Origin: Tubulanus polymorphus | Lineage: Eukaryota > Animalia > Nemertea | Reading direction: 5' to 3' | NCBI RefSeq assembly: GCF_964204645.1 | Contig: NC_134025.1 | Span: forward strand, 9,300,001 to 9,364,000 | Length of the DNA stretch: 64,000 bases | In this document: piece by piece, positions 61,314 to 64,000 of the stretch | Layout: each line of letters opens with the position of its first letter | How positions within the stretch are numbered: the stretch's first letter is position 1 | Position numbers and translations under genes: made by a program | The notes under the pieces: generated by a model | The model's database searches: none | Seen by the model: the letters and a program-made list of their open reading frames with translations, nothing else | What the model was told of the DNA's origin: nothing

Positions 61314-63981
61314 TTATACTACTATAAATCCCATAAATCGAACATTAAGTTGCCATGTTTCGGTGGATCGTTTTCCCATTCTCTGTAAATCTTGTGCGCA
61401 ACTGAATTGAAACAAAGACGACATTTTTATAGCACCTTTAAGCTCCGGGAAATGAGTCTATAATGTATCAACTGAAAAGACCGCGGATATACATGTATTG
61501 TATATAGATAAATCTAGCACCGTATTTGTCTTTCTTACCCCATTTAGGCCCTATGATAACAGGACATTCACCCCATAACAGTTTTTTATTCACAATACCA
61601 CTGGGTTTATTGTTATAGAAAAACAAAGCAGATCCCTGCAAAAGAAATTGACGAGGAAATATTAACGAAAGCTTATGAATTGATGTTTGTCAAGACAATT
61701 TGTTTCACTTTGAGTACATATTTTGATACTAACTCTTTCTGGTTTCACTGATAGTTTTAACCACGGAAATACTATATTACCTCCAGCAAGTACGTCATTC
61801 AGCTAGAATATAGAACATGTCGTAAACATCTTAACCCTTATGTCTATCGGATACTTTCTCCCTGAAAGTGTCGCAGTATTCGCACTGAAATTGGCTAATG
61901 TAAAGTTTTGAGTTTCTTCAAATCTCCTTCAATACAGAACCTGTCCTTGCACTCAACGGCGTTTATCTTTATATTCAAATTCTAACCCATAATTATAGAA
62001 TTAAATCCTGTTTTTCCGCACTACATGGTTATCATAGTTACTTACAAACACGATAAATGTTGTCGAATTTTTTCCGTGCGTTTGAACGGTTTCTAAGTCA
62101 ACAAATGGAGCCTCAGTGACACCAGACGCAAAATTGAATGCCTGTTCGACACCAAAAAAATGAAATTAGGCTACATTTTACATGATCAATTTGAATAATG
62201 ACAATTGGTCGAATAAATAGTTTCTTATTCTCTAAACATACAGACTTTTCAAACATGTATTACGTTGATATTGATGAATATGTAACCTATACCCACCACA
62301 TACGGGCTTTGAGATAGCTTATAGTCAATACCAGTCAGTGTAGTAAATAATTTGTTAAGTTTTTCGCCGCGACGGCTTTCGTCCGAAATGATAGCCCTGG
62401 AAAATTTTTAGAAAATACGCATATACATTATTTCTTAAATGCTGCTTTTGCAAAAGCGTGCGTAAAGCGTTAAAACACCTACCAGTGTCTCTGTTTTGTG
62501 TATCCATGGTCAGAAAAAACCGATTCGGTTAACTGGATTGAAAAATTAATACATTGAAAAATTAGATACATTGTACTGATTTATTTCGAATCAACGGCAG
62601 TTAAAATTGAAATTTCTCATACCTTTCTGTCGAGCACAACCAACAGCTTCCTCATGAATTTTTGATTGATGACTTTATGGAAATACAAGATATCCGGATT
62701 TCGGTGGGCATACTCTACTTTATAAAATACGTATCCGCGGCGGTAGCGAGGAGCCAAAAAGCAATTGTAATCTGGATGCGAGGTAACACTATTTTTCTTT
62801 AAAAAAAGAAAACAATAGAAACATAGCCACATAGTAGCTCATGGCAAGATTTTAAAGTATATATTTCTTTTTCTTAAGAAAACTTACTTTCGTCAACTTC
62901 CCCGAACAGACTGATTCATAAAGGGCATTGATTTTAGCTTTCGGTACCCTTGGTTTTATCGGTATCGCCTCATCGGATCTTTTAGCCGACTGATAAAATT
63001 CCAAAGCCCTCTTTGCAGCGTTGTTCGTCGAATCTTCATAGAAATAGAAATATACGAATGGTGATTGGACTATCGAATATATGTGTTAGCGTAGCAAAAA
63101 ATATTTCTTCGTACTATGTTTCATACCTGTTTTCAGAGCCTTTTGCGTGAATTCCACGGCCTTCGCATAATTCCTATTCTGCGATACAAAATAGATTTCG
63201 ATGTTTCAAAAAGATCGATGCAAATCATATCAAACTGGTAAACCTTATTCTATCGATTACGAATACTCACTCGGTAGTAGATGGATCCTATTCTCACCAA
63301 TGCTACAACAGTCAGACGTTCTAACTTCGGATTTTCTCGGCCGAGTTTGGCAATGTATTCGTACCATTCAAGTGCCAGAAGATAGTCTTCCATGTCCAAA
63401 GCGCGCTGGGCGAAGATTTCGCAATCTTCAGGCGAAAGAGGTTCGGTAATGTTGTCACCGATCTTTCCCTTGGCCACGTCGTCCACTTTGAGGCCGTATA
63501 TCTGCTGCAAGCGCAACACATAGATAACGGTCTCCTCCAGATCCTTTTCGTTCGGCATCGATTGGAAAATGTTGAGTAATTTATCGAGTATAGCTGAAGA
63601 TTTTGAAGATAGTTATACAATATTAATATCTTAAACAGATAACGGTGCGAATGTCCATTGAATAGAAAGAAAGTTTCGGGAGGATATAATGAAAAGCGAA
63701 GGCAAAATTCAAGGGACTTGAAATTCCAAGGACTTGATAAGAATTACACAAACTTTCTCTACATAACGGTTCACGGACCCTTCTAGTTTTCGCAATGAGT
63801 TTTGAATAGACTTCATGTTTTACCTCCTCGACAAAGTCGATGCCGCTTCATTATTTCCCATTTATCGGTCCATTCTTTGACAAGTCTTTTCGTCAGAATG
63901 TACGCTCCGATAGGATGCGCAGTATACTGCAACATATGCTCCGAGGTATGTTCGTTCAGAGCTTGATTCGTTTCCAAAAAG
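61314..63981 (-). CDS. P4HA: Prolyl 4-hydroxylase alpha subunit-like protein, catalytically degenerate; 5' end beyond the window
   Basis: Exons read in frame: 63981-63824 (YTAHPIGAYILTKRLVKEW), 63593-63271 (PNEKDLEE..LRLQQIYGL..LSPEDC), 63178-63127, 63033-62888 (YESVCSG), about 62797-62623, 62532-62483, about 62396-62297, about 62141-62046, 61802-61734 (LNDVLAGGNIVFP) and 61635-61539 (GSALFFYN..CPVIIGPKW). The last exon is uncertain. Confidence 0.88.
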
Positions 63982-64000
63982 CTACATTTTAAGAAAAACA

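Overview
AT-rich eukaryotic DNA from a gene-dense invertebrate animal genome (bilaterian; lophotrochozoan-like is a guess). It has short GT-AG introns and no prokaryotic features. Ten spliced protein-coding genes can be reconstructed, in order: the 3' end of an inositol-trisphosphate 3-kinase (+), a CIPC-like clock protein (+), MTIF2 (-) head-to-head with PRORSD1 (+), ZRANB3 (-), UBE2E (-) divergent from E(z)/EZH2 (+), a 124-aa unrecognised 3-exon gene (-) head-to-head with TTC25/ODAD4 (+), and most of a prolyl 4-hydroxylase alpha-like gene (-). Introns hold many short MITE-like elements and microsatellites. Most notable observations: (1) a complete Helentron/HINE-like element whose internal tandem arrays carry four near-consensus CTCF motifs at exactly 154-bp spacing next to about 172-bp units with YY1/Pho motifs; (2) a ZRANB3 with no visible NZF zinc finger but a cluster of SUMO-interacting-like motifs; (3) an intact P4HA-like gene that has lost both iron-binding histidines; (4) TTC25 with two alternative first exons, in-frame microexons and a long repeat tail; (5) probable ancient MTIF2-PRORSD1 microsynteny. 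Exon boundaries were read by eye from splice signals and frame. Family assignments rest on remembered motifs, not database searches.
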